Source: Mobula hypostoma (taxonomy: Eukaryota). Taken from it: a DNA stretch of 64,000 bases. The stretch lies in NCBI RefSeq assembly GCF_963921235.1, contig NC_086109.1:14758001-14822000 (forward strand). Reading direction: 5' to 3'. Position numbers and translations under genes: made by a program. The notes under the pieces were generated by a model. It had not been told where the DNA came from, did no database searches, and saw only the letters and a list, made by a program, of their open reading frames with translations. Every line of letters starts with the position of its first letter. Within the stretch, counting starts at the first letter, position 1. Below are positions 1-12,440 of this stretch, in pieces.

Positions 1-592
1 TCTTAGATTATGCTGCTATTGTTAGTTCTCTCCAGAAAATATCTCTCCCCAATCAGCCAGATACATTATACCCTGGAAAATGGGGAAGCATTTGAACATA
101 TAAAACAAGCAATGATATCTGCTTCAGCTTTAGGCCTCCCAGACTATAAGACGGAGTTTTGCCTTTTTGTTCACCGTGTATGGTTTGTTAGATCGTTTTG
201 ACTCAGAATTGCAGGGAAAGACAAAGGCAGGTTGTTTATTTCGGTGCTCAGAACCAATAGCCAAAAGTTTATCGGATTGTCTTCCAGCAGTGGCAGTCCC
301 ATGCTGACTCGCCGTGCTGTCTAACATCTTAATCCCGCTAGGCAAACTAAGCACAGAATCGAGTTATTAATAAGCCCGAATGCTAGAATTACTCATTGTG
401 CAACTCTTCTGGCCACTTTTCTCACAGAGGAAGACAGCGATCCACACTGCTGTGAAACTTACACAAGAAAATAAACCCTCACACGGACCTTACTGGTACT
501 TTGATTGTTATTGCCAAATGAATTTTCTTTGTTGATGGTCCAGCTTTATGTAACGAAATGGGAAAAGCTGGGTGGTCAAAAAAAAATGGGAA

Positions 593-690
593 TGTCCTGA
601 TGAACAGTTTCGGCCTGAAACGTCAACTGTACTCTTTTCCATAGATGCTGCCTGGCCTGCTGAGTTCCTCCAGTACTTTGCACATGTTGC
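593..690 (+). mobile_element. Short Penelope-like 3' end insertion with decayed hammerhead motif
   Basis: CTGATGA...GAAACGTC followed by the family tail gatgctgcctggcctgctgagttcctccag. Flanked by TGGGAA at 587-592 and 691-696. Confidence 0.65.
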
Positions 691-1031
691 TGGGAACAAC
701 TGGGTTGTAAGCAACACCATTGTACGTGGCTTCACCCCAATAAACGCATCATGGCCCCAGGTAAACTGGTACCATGGATTGCCCAATGTATACTCAAGTA
801 CACATTTGCGGGCAAGAGAGGAATGATTAATTACATAAACTAAATTTGGTATGACCCTGGAGTAACTCAAGTTGCGGAACAAATCTGAAGACAATGTATG
901 CGATATGAGGTGTACAGTACCCTGCAAAATCGAGAAAATCTGGCATAAGTAACAGGGGTTCATACCCTGCCATTAAATGGCCTTTTATTTAGACTTTCGG
1001 ATAGACTTTATTGAATTGTCTTCATGTAAAG

Positions 1032-2454
1032 CGTCACAAACAAAATAAAACCTGCAGATGCTGGAAATCCAAGCAACACACACACACAAATTGCTAGCCA
1101 GGCAGCATCTGGGGGAAAAAGTACAGTTGACGTTTCAGGCCAAGACCCTTCATCAGGACTGGAGAAAAAAAGCTGAAGAGTAGATTTAAAAGGAGGGGAG
1201 GGGAGGGGAGAGAGAACCACCAGGTGATAGGTGAAACTTGGAGGGGGACAGATGAAGTAAAGGGCTGGGAAGTTGAATGGCAGTGAGGGAGGAGGTGTAG
1301 GGGCAAGTGTAGCACTTGTCCCGCTTGCAAGGATAAGTGACAGGAGGGAGGTAAGTGGGGAGGGATGAATGGACAAGGGTGTCACACAGGGAGCAATCCC
1401 TGTGGAAAGCAGAAAGTGGCAAGAAGGGAAAGATGTGCTTGGTGGTGGGATCCCATTGGAGATGGCGGAAGTTTCAGAGAATTATTTGCTGGACGCGGAG
1501 GCTGGTGGGTTAGTAGGTGGGGACAAAAGGAACCAATCCCTGGTAGGGTGGCGGAAGGATAGGGTAAAACCACATCTTTCCCTCCCTCCTCCCACTTTCT
1601 GCTTTCCGCAGGGATCGATCCCTGCGTGACTCCCTTGTCCATTCATCCCTCCCCTCCAATCTCCCTCCTGTCACTTATCCTTGAAAGTGGAACAATTGCT
1701 ACACCTGCCCCTACACCTCCTCCCTCACTATCATTCAGGGCCCTAAACAGTCCTTCCAGGTGAGGCAACACTTCACCTGAGAGTCTTTTGGGGTCACTTA
1801 CTGTGTCTGGTGCTCCCGTTGTGGCCTCCTGTACATCAGTGAGACACAACATAGATAGGGAGACTGCTTCACCGAGCATCTAGGCTCCGTCTGCCAGAAT
1901 AAGTGTGATCTCTCAGTGGCCACCCATTTTAATTCCACTTCCCATTCCCATATGTCCATCCATGGCCTCCTCCACTGTTGTTATGAGGCCTCACTTAGGT
2001 TGGAGGAACAACATCTTAAATTCCGTTTGGGTAGCCTCCAACCTGATGGCATGAATGTCGATTTCTCAATCTTGTAGTAATGCCCCCCAACCCCCCACCC
2101 CATTTCCCAAACCCTTTTCCCCTTCTCTCCTCATCTCTTTGCCTGCCCATTGCCTCCCTCTGGTGCTCCTTCCCCCTTTTTCTTTCTTCCCCCTTTTTCT
2201 TTCTTCCATGGCCTTCTGACTCCCTCACCAATCAACTTCCCAGCTCTTTACTTCATCCCTCCCCCCCCCTCCAGGTTTCTCCTATCAGCTGGCATTCTCT
2301 CTCCCCTCCACCCACCTTTAAAATGTACTTCTCAGCATTTTTTCCTTCAATCCTGCTGAAGGGTTTTGGCCTGAAACGCCGACTGTACTTTTCTTCCCCC
2401 ATGGATGCTGCCTGACCTGCTGAGTTCCTCCAGCATTTTGTGTGTGTTGCTTTA
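1032..2454. mobile_element. Palindromic Penelope-like (Neptune-type) insertion
   Basis: Minus arm 1032 to about 1566, plus arm about 1568-2454. CKRDKCYTC linker and GIY-YIG-derived sequence. TSD ATGTAAAG at 1024-1031 and 2455-2462. Confidence 0.85.
1124..1161 (-). ncRNA. Minimal type-I hammerhead ribozyme motif
   Basis: Minus strand reads cagtc CTGATGA agggtcttggcct GAAAC GTC aactg (one stem-I mismatch). Confidence 0.7.
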
Positions 2455-3509
2455 ATGTAAAGGGTACAAGTATGTTTTGGTCATTATTGATGCGTTATCA
2501 TAATGGTTGAAGCATTTCAATGTAGAAACAATCATGCAGTTAAAATAGCGAAATGTTCGCTAAAGGAAAACATCCCACGATTTGGGATCCTCTGGAGACT
2601 ATCTAGTGACAATGGTCCCTGATTCACTGGTAACATAATTAAAGTAGTGTGCAAATCCTTACAGCTGAAGCCACGTTTCGATTCTCAGTCAAAGGGCCTA
2701 ATGGAAAGGACGAACAGAACAATTTAAGAATAAACTTAGCAAAATGTGTGAGGAAACTGGACTAAAGGGGATTCCGGCGCTGCCTTTCGTTCGGATGAAT
2801 ATTCGAGCCACCCTTAATAGACCATTTGTTTGTCCCTACATAAAAGCATAATGGGACGGCCCTTGTGCATGGCTTCGGAAGCACCACTGGGATTTAGGCA
2901 GATAGATGTACGTAACCTGGACAAGAGTATTCTAAACTATTAAAAAAAGCATGAGCAGATATCATCAACAGGTAAAGGAAACCCAGCAACCATTAGTAGA
3001 TGCTAAATGCTACATCAAACCCAGAGATTATGCGGTGGTGCGGACATTTAAAGAGAAAGGGTTGTTTGGAAACTCGATTTGAAGGATCATTTCAGGTACT
3101 GCTGGTTACTAATACAGCCATCGAGGTAAGAGATAACAGGGGCAACAGGATGGAACTTCGAAAGATTAAATGTGTGAACAAGTATGAAGATAACCGAGGA
3201 ACGGAATGGAATGGAGTGGAGCAGCCTAATTACCTTTCTTTGTGAAAATACACGTACAAAACTAGTTTGGCTTAAACAGAAGAGCGGAGCTATATTTCCA
3301 GATGAAACCTGGCTGTCAGTACATCTCTCCTTGCAAGTAGAATAATAAATGCGTTAATAATGTGATCCATCCTGAATTTGTAGTAGTTTGTTCCTTTATA
3401 TTGGAAGACCTAGCTGAATGCTACACGACAGCTGTATGAGAATTAGGACAGAATTTTGGAGTGTAATCAAATAACACTGAGAAAGAGCACATTTGACTTC
3501 CTCTTCGAT

Positions 3510-4040
3510 AGCTTCAAAGTAATTTATTATCAAAGTACGTATACGTCATCACATACAACCTTGAGATTCATTTCCTTGCAGGCATTCATGGTAACTACAA
3601 AGAAACACCATAGAGTCAATGAAAAAATCACACACAACAGAGACAGGCAAACAACCAATAAGCTAAAGACAACAAAATGCCCAAATACAAACAGAATAAT
3701 AATATTAAATGATTAAGCAATAAATATGGAGAGCATGAGTTGTAGCATACTTGAAAGTGAGTCCATAACTTTGTGGAACCAGTTCAGTGTCTGGGTGAGT
3801 GAAGTTATCCCCTCTGGTTCAGGAGCCTGATGGGTGAGGGGTAATAACTGCTCCCGAAGCTGGTGGTGTGGGTTCTGAAGCTCCTGTACCTTCATCCTAA
3901 TGATAGCAGCGAGAAGAGAGCGTGACTGGAGTAGGGAGGGTCCTTGATGACAGATGCTGCTTTCCTGCACCAACACTCCTGCAAGACGTGCTCAACGGTG
4001 GGGAATATCAAAGGTGGCCATACCCGTGATGGACCGGGCC
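3510..4040 (-). mobile_element. Rex/Babar-like LINE 3' fragment
   Basis: Minus strand resembles the C-terminal coding part and 3'UTR seen at 17400-17770 and 36715-37165. Confidence 0.5.
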
Positions 4041-4437
4041 ATATCCACTGCTTCTTGTAGGATTCAGCAGATCAAAAGACAAATCTTTCTCATGCTCCCA
4101 TTCATAACGTCTCACACACTAGACAGCGTCACCATCTATTCCTGGACATTAAAATTCAGCTGTGCGGTCTCAGTAGCTGCTTACACCATCAAGATTGTTT
4201 CGATCTCCATCAATCTGTGCGACTGTAGGCGATGAGCCAGAGGAAGTCAGGGGAAAATATAATAGCATTGTTGGAAGTGTCTCCTCCGGCCAGTAATGAT
4301 GAATGTAAACTGTAAAAGGGTGGGCAGCAGTGAAGTGCCGATAGAGAGGTGGGGATTGGAGCGAGACAACTGGGGCACACATGGAGCTCTCATCTCACAT
4401 CTCCAATAACGCTGTCACTTTTTAAATTGCCCTGCAT

Positions 4438-4633
4438 TGTGTCATTAATATTTAAGTAATATATTGTTCATTTAATTAAGTCATTGCGGGTTATATGTAT
4501 AAGTATGTGAGTTCCATACATCATCATGCTACCATGTGATACATGCATGCCTCGTTTAATGTAAACACGAAGTTAGACACCCATTCCCGGAATCCCGTGC
4601 CATCCTGATGTTTTGAAGTTGCAAAACATAACA
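4438..4633 (+). mobile_element. Probable solo LTR
   Basis: TG...CA termini (tgtgtcatt...aaaacataaca) and an internal TATA-like tatatgtataag. No convincing TSD. Confidence 0.4.
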
Positions 4634-5984
4634 CCCTGGATTTCAAGTTCCTCATTACCTTCAACCTGCCCCACCTCTAACCTTCATCAGCCCAAACAGC
4701 CTTTCAACATCTCCGCATTTCTCAGTGCTTAGTCACTTCTCCAGAGTCAGACACACCTTCGGCTGCCTGGCTCTAAGCCCTGGAAGTCCTTCCCACAACC
4801 TCTCCATCTCTCACTCTTCTTTCGAAAAGCTCCTCAAAACCTACCCCTAATACCTTTGCTGTCTGCGGCCCGGTCAAAGTTGGTTGGCTATTCCCCTCAG
4901 ATACAACTTGACATATCTTGATTATGCTAAAGGCTCTATACAAATGGAATTCCATCAGGGTATGAAAGGGATTGATGAGGATGAGTCAACTTTCCCTGTC
5001 GGGGAGTTAACAAAGGAGACACTGACAACTAACCCTTCAACCATCAGGCTGAACCGGTATGGATAAGTTCATTCACCTCAACACTGAACTAATTCCACAA
5101 TCTATTGACAAGTTGAGTAAACTCATATTACTTATTTAATTTTATTAATACTATTTGCTTTTTCTCTCTGTATTTGCACCATTTGCTGTCTTTTGCACAC
5201 TGGTTGTCTGTTTTATGTGTGTAGTTTCTCAGTGATCCTATTGCATTTCTTTGAATCTGCTGTGAATGCCCGCAAGTAAATAAATATATGGTTATAAATA
5301 CATACTTCGATAATAAATTTACTTTGAACAAGGAAAACAAGGAGAAGACTAACAAACAACCAGCTACACTAAAGCAGAAGGAATATCGTTTCCACTCTCT
5401 TAATGCTTAATCAGGCGGCAAATTGGTAAAAGAAATGCGGTTTGGAATTCGATGAGCAGTAGCCCTCCAGTTCCCCAGGAGAAGTCGCACAGCTGCTTCA
5501 GCCAGGGATGGATGCGGGTGAGGGAGCAGGGACACAGAGGTCAGGGCCGCTGTAGCATCTGCTCCGTCACTATCAGTCAGACTGAATGGGTTTGGGTGTG
5601 CCCCATTGGTCGGTGCAGGCTGATAATGCAGACGCCACTATGGAATCACAGGAAACTTAATCGTTCCCAGACTGCACACCATCCAAGTCTCGTGTTTAAC
5701 TCCTCAAAGTCATTCACGGAGTTGGGAACCTTCAGAATTCTCTGCCCCCAGGTGCTGGAGGTGGCAAATCCATCGAATGAGATCAATGGATTCTTGAGCA
5801 GGAAGGTGATAAGGGAGCTAGGAATGCGCTGTGCTCAGGTTACAGATCGGGTATTACCTTAGCGCAATGCAGAGCAGTCTGGCTCAGGGATGAACAACCA
5901 ACAAGAACCAGGAACCAGTGGGAGAGTCTAGGACTAGAGGGCACAGCCCCAGAATAGAAAAACATCCTTTTGGAACACCTCCAA

Positions 5985-6310
5985 TTGGACCACAACCTTG
6001 TCGCCGGGTTTGAGGGCTTGCATCCCTCAGTGACCTGGAGAGCTATATTGGCTGGAGTCAGGGCCTCGTGCTTTGACTCCTGGCAGGGTCTCCCATGCCT
6101 AACGGGTCAAAGGGTAGAGGCTAGATGAAAAGTGGTCCACCAGTCCTCCAGGTTTGAGGGTTCAATTCAGGCTAACAACCCTATCTGGTTAAACAAAACT
6201 GTTCTGGAAACAGCAACGAAGAATCCTTCTGTATCTGTGTGTGACAGTCTGGACCGACAGAGGTAGCGGACCTTCATTGCTGCCCTAAACGCCAGCAGCA
6301 TAATGGGCAG
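5985..6310 (+). mobile_element. Interspersed repeat, possibly RTE-derived
   Basis: General resemblance to RTE 5'UTR/3'-end fusions, judged by eye only. Confidence 0.3.
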
Positions 6311-7189
6311 AAAGTACTTCTTTGAACAGAGATGAGGAAAAATGTCTTCAGCCAGAGGCTGGTGAATCTGTGGATTTATTATTGAAGGGGAAACATTTGC
6401 TGCAATAAACAGGGAGCTGGAGGAATTCAGAGGGTCAGGCGGCATCCATGGAGGGAAACAGAACATAGAACAGTACGAGGAAATCTGCAGATGCTGGAAT
6501 TTCAAGCAATTGCTACGTTCAACAGCAATATTTATGTGTGTTGATAGAACAGTACGAGCCCCCTTCAGCCGACAATGTTGCGTCAACTTTTTTAACCTAC
6601 CTTAAGACCAATCTAACCCTTCTTTCCCACATAGCCCTCCATTTTTCTTTCATCCATGTGTCTATCTAACAGTCTCTAAAATGGACGTTTTGGGTCAAGA
6701 CCCTTCATGTGGAAAAAATTTGCTAATTGGAAAACTTTTTCACAGAAAGAAATGAAGCCAACAAAACAAAAATCTCCGCCAGTGTTTTTTTTAAAGCATC
6801 ATAAACAATCTCCCAGAATATCTCCAGTGCAAGGTCTGCCCCATTGATTCCCACTGTGGAAGTGTTCCAGGGAACAAAAAAAACAACGTATTCTCATCAG
6901 CCACGAAACCACAAACGACTGTGGTGCCAAATGCACTAGCAGCACGTTGGGAGACCACAGGCCTGACTCTTTCTTCAGCTGGCTGGTGGGCAAACCACCG
7001 TCATCAACAACTCCCCAGGACCCACAAAACCAGCAAACTCCAGAGTGGCTGGGCCTTCCCCAGAACTCCGCCATTGCAGAGCAGAGAAGCCAACCAACCA
7101 GTCTCTGCAATGGAATCAATTTTTAACCCTCCCTCCACTTTCAAAGAGAGAGGAAAAAAAATCACTCTGTCACATACACCTGGAAACAT

Positions 7190-7410
7190 ACGGCGTCAAG
7201 TCAAATCAGCGAGGATTGTGCTGGGCAGCCCACAAGCGTGGCCACACTTCCGGCGACAACATAGCATGCCCATGACTCACTAACCCTATGGTCTATGGAA
7301 CGTGAGAGGAAAAAGGAGCACCCAGGGGAAACCCATGTGGTCACGGGGAGAATACACAAACTCTTCCCCCTTTTTAAGCGATGTGCTAACTGCTACACTT
7401 CCGCACCGCA
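7190..7410 (-). mobile_element. V-SINE
   Basis: Reverse complement of the V-domain core (gagcacccaggggaaacccatgtggtcacggggagaa). Confidence 0.65.
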
Positions 7411-7499
7411 ATCTACGCTACCGTATGCCCACCACAATTATGTTATTGTATATGATAATATTATCGTATATTACAGCATAGAAGGAAGCAGTTAGTGGT

Positions 7500-7745
7500 G
7501 GGCAGAGTGGCGTAGTGGTTAATGTAACACCTCTACTGTGTCAGTGACCTGAGTTCACTTTCCACCGCTATCTGTAAGGAGTTTGTTCATTCTCCTTATG
7601 AACATGTGGGTTTCCTCCGGGTGCTCTGGTTTCCTCCCACATTACAAAGACGTACCAATTTGTGGTATAATTGTTCGCATGGGTGTAATTAGGCGGTGTG
7701 GGCTTGTTGGACCAAAAGGGCCTGTTACCATGCGGATTCTCTAAA
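7500..7745 (+). mobile_element. V-SINE (tRNA-derived)
   Basis: A-box TGGCGTAGTGG, B-box-like gagttcac and core GGGTTTCTCCGGGTGCTCTGGTTTCCTCCCACA. Confidence 0.75.
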
Positions 7746-8029
7746 TATGTAAAATAATTTAGCCCATCCAGATGGTTCCCCTCCAAGAACCATCTCAGCA
7801 ATCCATTTCTCCCACCTACTCCTCTGACACCTGTTCACTCTCAAATGCCTACCTACCCCATCTCGATTCTCCTCATACCCACACTAACACTGGAGGTAAT
7901 TTCTAGCGGCCAACTAAATGACCAACCAGCAAATCACTCCACGCAGAAAGTGTGCAAAACTACGCACAAATTTCCTGTAATAAGAATGAGGAATGCTGGA
8001 AATACTCAGCAGGTTCCTGCATTCAAATG

Positions 8030-8420
8030 GTGTCTCTCTCTCCCTCGATGCTGTCGGAAGGTGGTACCAAAGCTCTGGGTCTGTGGTTTGCGGATTGGAC
8101 TCTGTCGTTCACATTATGATGTGTCTGTTTCTGGTCACCCAGTTTTTGGGTGCTATTTTGGGCGATTTTCAATCAGGGCAGCCTGCAGATAACAAACTGA
8201 GCTGAACTGAATAAGCCCGGACTCTTTTCAATTTTGTGTTTTATATTCTGTGTTTCTCGTTTTTTTTTGTTGCTATTTGCACAATTTGGTTTTTTTTGCA
8301 CATGTGGAGATTTGATGTTTTTCTTTGAACTGGTTCCATGGTTTAGTTTGCTTCATGACTGTCTACAGGAAGACAAATCTCAGGGTTGAATACTGCATAC
8401 ATACTTTGATAATAAATGTA
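8030..8420 (+). mobile_element. Non-LTR 3' fragment, same family as 41848-42650
   Basis: actgagctgaactgaata...caattttgtgttt...aaatctcagggttg...aataaatgtactt also occurs reverse-complemented at 41848-42130. Confidence 0.55.
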
Positions 8421-8885
8421 CTTCGTAGGTCAGGCAGCATCCAAAGAATCAGAACTGACCAAATGTTTCAAGTCGGTGACCTTTCACCGATTTACTCACA
8501 TTCTTTTGAACCAATTGCAATGCTTTGCATCTTCTTCTTGATCTTAAAGTTGGAATTAGTTTATTAGTAGAGTTCAAATTGGTTTATTATTGTCTCATGA
8601 ACCGAGATGCACTGAAAAGTTGGTCTTGTATACTGATCATACAGATCAAATCATTACACAGTTCATTGAAGTTGAACAAGGTAAAACAATAACCGACTGC
8701 AGAAAAAAGTGTAACAGCTACAGAGAAAGTGCAGTGCAGATAGATAACAAGGTGCAGGATCAGAATGAAGTAGACTGTGAAGTCAAGAATCTGTCTTATC
8801 ATTCTATGGAACCATACAATAGTCATATAACATCCAATTGGGTAGAAAATGATCAGGAAATTTGTGCCATACTATCACATCCTTA

Positions 8886-9435
8886 AGGTTGTTATAGTTG
8901 GGAGTGGTAATTGGGATAAGCTCCCACTACCCATTAAGTGCCCGCAATGGTGTGCATCTCAAACAGCCTCTGACAACCAAGTCCAGCTCCTGGCCTTCAC
9001 GTGTGGTTTAGCTACTAAGCCCAGCAGAACCGTTTCTACTGACAGGGGAAGGGGCAAAGGCAGCTTACTGGCACCCTAAAACCGGTCCCTCTGGGCAGAT
9101 GGGGGCTTGTCAACCAGTGGTTGGCAGCGCATCCGGGAGAAGGAAAAGTCTGATCTCAAACCTCTGCTGCCTTGCGGATGTACCCACTCATGGGGAAGGC
9201 TTTGAGAGTAAACCCCAAGAGAAAAATCCAGAGCTGGAGTCCCTAAAGGCAGTCATACACTGACTGGCAACTTCTGAAACGCTGCTGGTGCCAAACTGTA
9301 TCAGTCTCTGCCATTCCTTTGGTTTCATCAGATGAATGGAGAGGGGAAACCTGTTACATGGGCAACAGCTTGCTCTCCATGTTGTGCTGCTCAGGCCTGC
9401 ATATCCATGGTCGACGCTGACCAATGGAGGCCTCA
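8886..9435 (+). mobile_element. Interspersed repeat, possibly RTE-derived
   Basis: Shares an aaaatccagagctggagtccctaaggcagt-like motif with the minus-strand repeat near 23330-23400. Confidence 0.35.
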
Positions 9436-9709
9436 TTACATCACAGGCACCGTAAGTTATATAAACAATGAGACCTGTAATCAGGGGACAGAGACTGGTG
9501 ACGAGTGATGCAAGCCAATGAGAGGCAAGTATACACTTTCTTTTGACTTACATGAGTTACCGCCATGAGTTACTACAATCTGCAACACGCTACCTCAGAG
9601 GGTGCTGGATAGTGCATTCAACGGTAATTTTCCAAAAAAAACCACTCAGGAATTAAGGGAAAATAGTGAATGGAAGAAGACTAAAGCACCACATTGCCAC
9701 AGAACAGGG

Positions 9710-9930
9710 GGTGTCACAGTAGTGTAGGGGGTTATTTTAATGCTATTACAGTGCTAACAATCCAGGTTCAATTCCTGCCGTGGTTTGTAAGGGGTTTCCT
9801 CCAAGTGCTTCACTTTCCTCCCACTTTCCAAAAACTTACAGGTTAGCAGATTAATTGGTCACTTGAGTGTAACTGGGGGTTGTGGGCTCTTTGGGCTGGA
9901 AGAGTCTTTTAGTATGCTCTATCTCTAATA
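9710..9930 (+). mobile_element. V-SINE
   Basis: B-box ggttcaattcc plus V core gggtttcctccaagtgct...tttcctcccac. Confidence 0.65.
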
Positions 9931-10369
9931 AAGAGATACAATGAGACTTCCTCAATGCTCTTTAACTGGGTGACCTTTAATTTTAGTACCACCATTCAGG
10001 TGCATTTGCAATGTTGTTGCGTCTCCTGCTTTTTGCTAAGTAGTTGATTTGCTGTGGCAGCACACATGGACAATGGCAGGAGAAAAACAATTATGTAAAA
10101 TAGTTCACGTAGTTTAAATTGCTTTCCTTCAGAAACCAATGTTTGCTGAATTACCACAATACATAAAAGTTATTACTGTCCTCCAATTTTGTCTGCCTTG
10201 TCTGCACTTTATCTACAATTATTGTACATCCATTCCACAATTTAGAAAGAGTCTTGGCAATGCCTTTGACCGCCATGAGCTCCTGGGTTTCCGTCACTAT
10301 TTAAGAGGGGCTTACTGAAGCTTTGGCACACTCTGGTGGTAGATGAATGCAACTGCAAGCATGAGGCAT

Positions 10370-11300
10370 GGCCAAAGAAACTGAGCAGGCAGGTCAGGAA
10401 GCATAAATGGAAATGAGTAGATAGTCAACGTTTCAGGCCAAGACCCTTCTTCAGGACCAGAAAGGAAAGGGGAAGTTGCCAGAGTAAAATGGTGGTGGTG
10501 GGGGGAGCAGCAGGGGGAGAGGGAAAGGAGAATAGCTAGGTGATAGGTGAGGCCAGGTGGGTGGGAAGGTAAAGGGCTGGAGAGAAAGGAATCTGATAGG
10601 AGAGGAGAGTGGATCATAGGAGAAAGAGAAGGAGGAGGATAGGAGGACATGAAAGGCAGATGAGAAGAGATAAGAGGCCAGAGTGGGGAATAGAAGAAGA
10701 GGGGAGGGGGAGGGAATATTTTTTAACCAGATGGAGAAGTCAATATTCCCAGCATCAGGTTGGAGGCTACCAAGTCGGAATACAAGGTGTTGTTCCTCCA
10801 CCCTGAAGGTGGCCTCATCATGGCACAAGAGGAGGTCCTGGACTGACATATCGGAATGGAAATTGGAATCCGAATTAAAACATTTGGCTACCAGGAAGTC
10901 CCGATTTTGGTGGATGGAACAGAGGTGCTCAACAAAGCTGTCCCCCAATTTATGACATGTGTCCCCAATGTAGAGGAGGTTGCTTCATAACAGACGACTC
11001 CAGCAGAATAGCAAGAAAAAGAGTGAAGGAGAGGAAAGAAGGGGTAATGCAGAGACAGGGAAAAAGAAAGAAAACAGGAGAAAAGACAAACAGAAAGACA
11101 TTTACAAGAAAAAGGAGAAAAGTAACAATTTAGTAGTTTAATCACTGTAACAGTATACAAACACAACCACAAGTGATTTTGCAGGTGCTGGAAATCTAGA
11201 GGAACACACACTAAATGCTGGAGGAACTCGGCAAGTCAGATAATATCAATGGAGAGGAATAAGTAGTTGACTTTTGGGGCAGAAACCCTTCATCAGCACT
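10370..11300 (-). mobile_element. Penelope-like fragment (GIY-YIG C-terminus and 3' end) with a second tandem 3' end at about 11170-11300
   Basis: ORF 10451-10948 (GDSFVEHL...EEQHLVFRLGSLQPD) and two hammerhead-type motifs in the same orientation. Confidence 0.75.
10422..10459 (-). ncRNA. Minimal type-I hammerhead ribozyme motif
   Basis: Minus strand reads tggtc CTGAAGA agggtcttggcct GAAAC GTT gacta. Stem I pairs fully with one G-U. Confidence 0.7.
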
Positions 11301-11595
11301 GTAACATACAAATGGATGAGATGAAGGACACCTCAACTTCTGGGTCAAGCTGATAATTACTTTGGACTTAGGACTTAGAACTTAGAACCAAGAACATTAC
11401 AGCACATCACAGGCCCTCTGGCCCATGATGTAGTGCTAACCTTTTAACCTACTCTAAGATCAATCTAACCCTTCCCTCCTACATAGTCCTCCATTTTTCT
11501 ATCATCCCTGTGCCTTTCTAAGAGTTCCTGAAATTAAACTTGCACAGATGATACATTCCACAAACACATGAAACCCAAAGTGAGACCCATCAGAA

Positions 11596-11675
11596 TAGGG
11601 GTTCCCAGCCTTTCTTATCCCATGGACCCATACCATTAAGCAAGACATCCGTGGACCCCAGGCTGGGAACCCCTG
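11596..11675. mobile_element. 80-bp hAT-type MITE
   Basis: TIRs (t/c)AGGGGTTCCCAGCC and GGCTGGGAACCCCTG; 8-bp TSD CATCAGAA/CATCAGGA. A related copy lies at about 15067-15135. Confidence 0.7.
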
Positions 11676-11859
11676 CATCAGGAGGGAGACTGAAAAGTTC
11701 TTCTCACTACTGAACCTACATTAGGACCCAATTCTGCCCCCCCATAAAGTCAAGGGGCCATGACTGCCCACAAGGGCTGAATGACAAAGCTCCAATTTGA
11801 ATCTACAGCCAAATACGAGCTGGGACAATATGTTTCTCAAGTGTGGTCAAAACTGCTGT

Positions 11860-12440
11860 TCACTTACCCAATCACAGGCAATCCCATCGTCCCACTGATT
11901 TTCCCTGTAACGTACTGTCCCCACACTCCCCTCAATTCCCTTGATGCACTCTCTCACAGCAGTCAGAAACTATTGTGGCCAACTCTTCCAACCAACAGGA
12001 CTTTAGAAAGGAGGAAGAAACGGGAGCACCTGGAGGATACCCACTCCATTACAGGGACAATGTCTAAACCTCACATTGAAGAAATCAGAATCAGGCTTAT
12101 TGCCACTGACATAGGTCATGAAAATTGTTGTTTTGTGGTAGCATTGCGATGCAATACATTTTTTTAAATATAAGAAAAAATTATATATATATATATATAT
12201 AAATAGAGCAAAATAATGAGGTGATGTTCGTGGACCATTCAGAAATCTGAAGGCTGAGGTGAAGAAGCTGTCCCTAAGATGTTGAGTGCGTGTCTTCATT
12301 CTCCTGTTCCTCCTCCCTGATGCTAGCAATGACAAGAGACCACACAGTCAGAGGTGGGGGTCCTCAATGATGGATGCCTCTTTCCTGAGGCACTGCGTTT
12401 AAAAGATGTCCTCAAAGGTGCAGAGGCTGGTATCCACGAT
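11860..12440 (-). mobile_element. V-SINE fragment (11860-12075) plus Rex/Babar-like 3' fragment (12085-12440)
   Basis: Reverse V core (gaaacgggagcacctggaggatacccac), an (AATCAG)n tail and a TRTQHLRDSFF-like coding remnant. Confidence 0.55.

Larger units (their letters stand above)
1..3430 (+). mobile_element. Decayed endogenous retrovirus (class I-like) pol remnant with possible 3' LTR remnant, interrupted by two Penelope-like insertions
   Basis: RT-connection motif AFEHIKQAMISASALGLPDY (about 85-150). Integrase IDFIELSSCK|GYKYVLVIID, IPRFGILWRLSSDNGP (about 2570-2620), SQSKGLMERTNRT, and GPY/F-like RFEGSFQVLLVT (about 3075-3110). AATAAA at about 3344 and a terminal ...GACA at 3430. Confidence 0.75.

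Noticed and set aside
5452..7283. Medium ORFs (5452-5862, 6799-7119, 6921-7283) as host exons
   Set aside because: No recognisable domains; some overlap repeat fragments; no convincing splice structure.
7500..7570. tRNA genes at SINE heads (also about 9710, 19675, 47955)
   Set aside because: Only degenerate A/B boxes attached to V-SINE cores; no cloverleaf.
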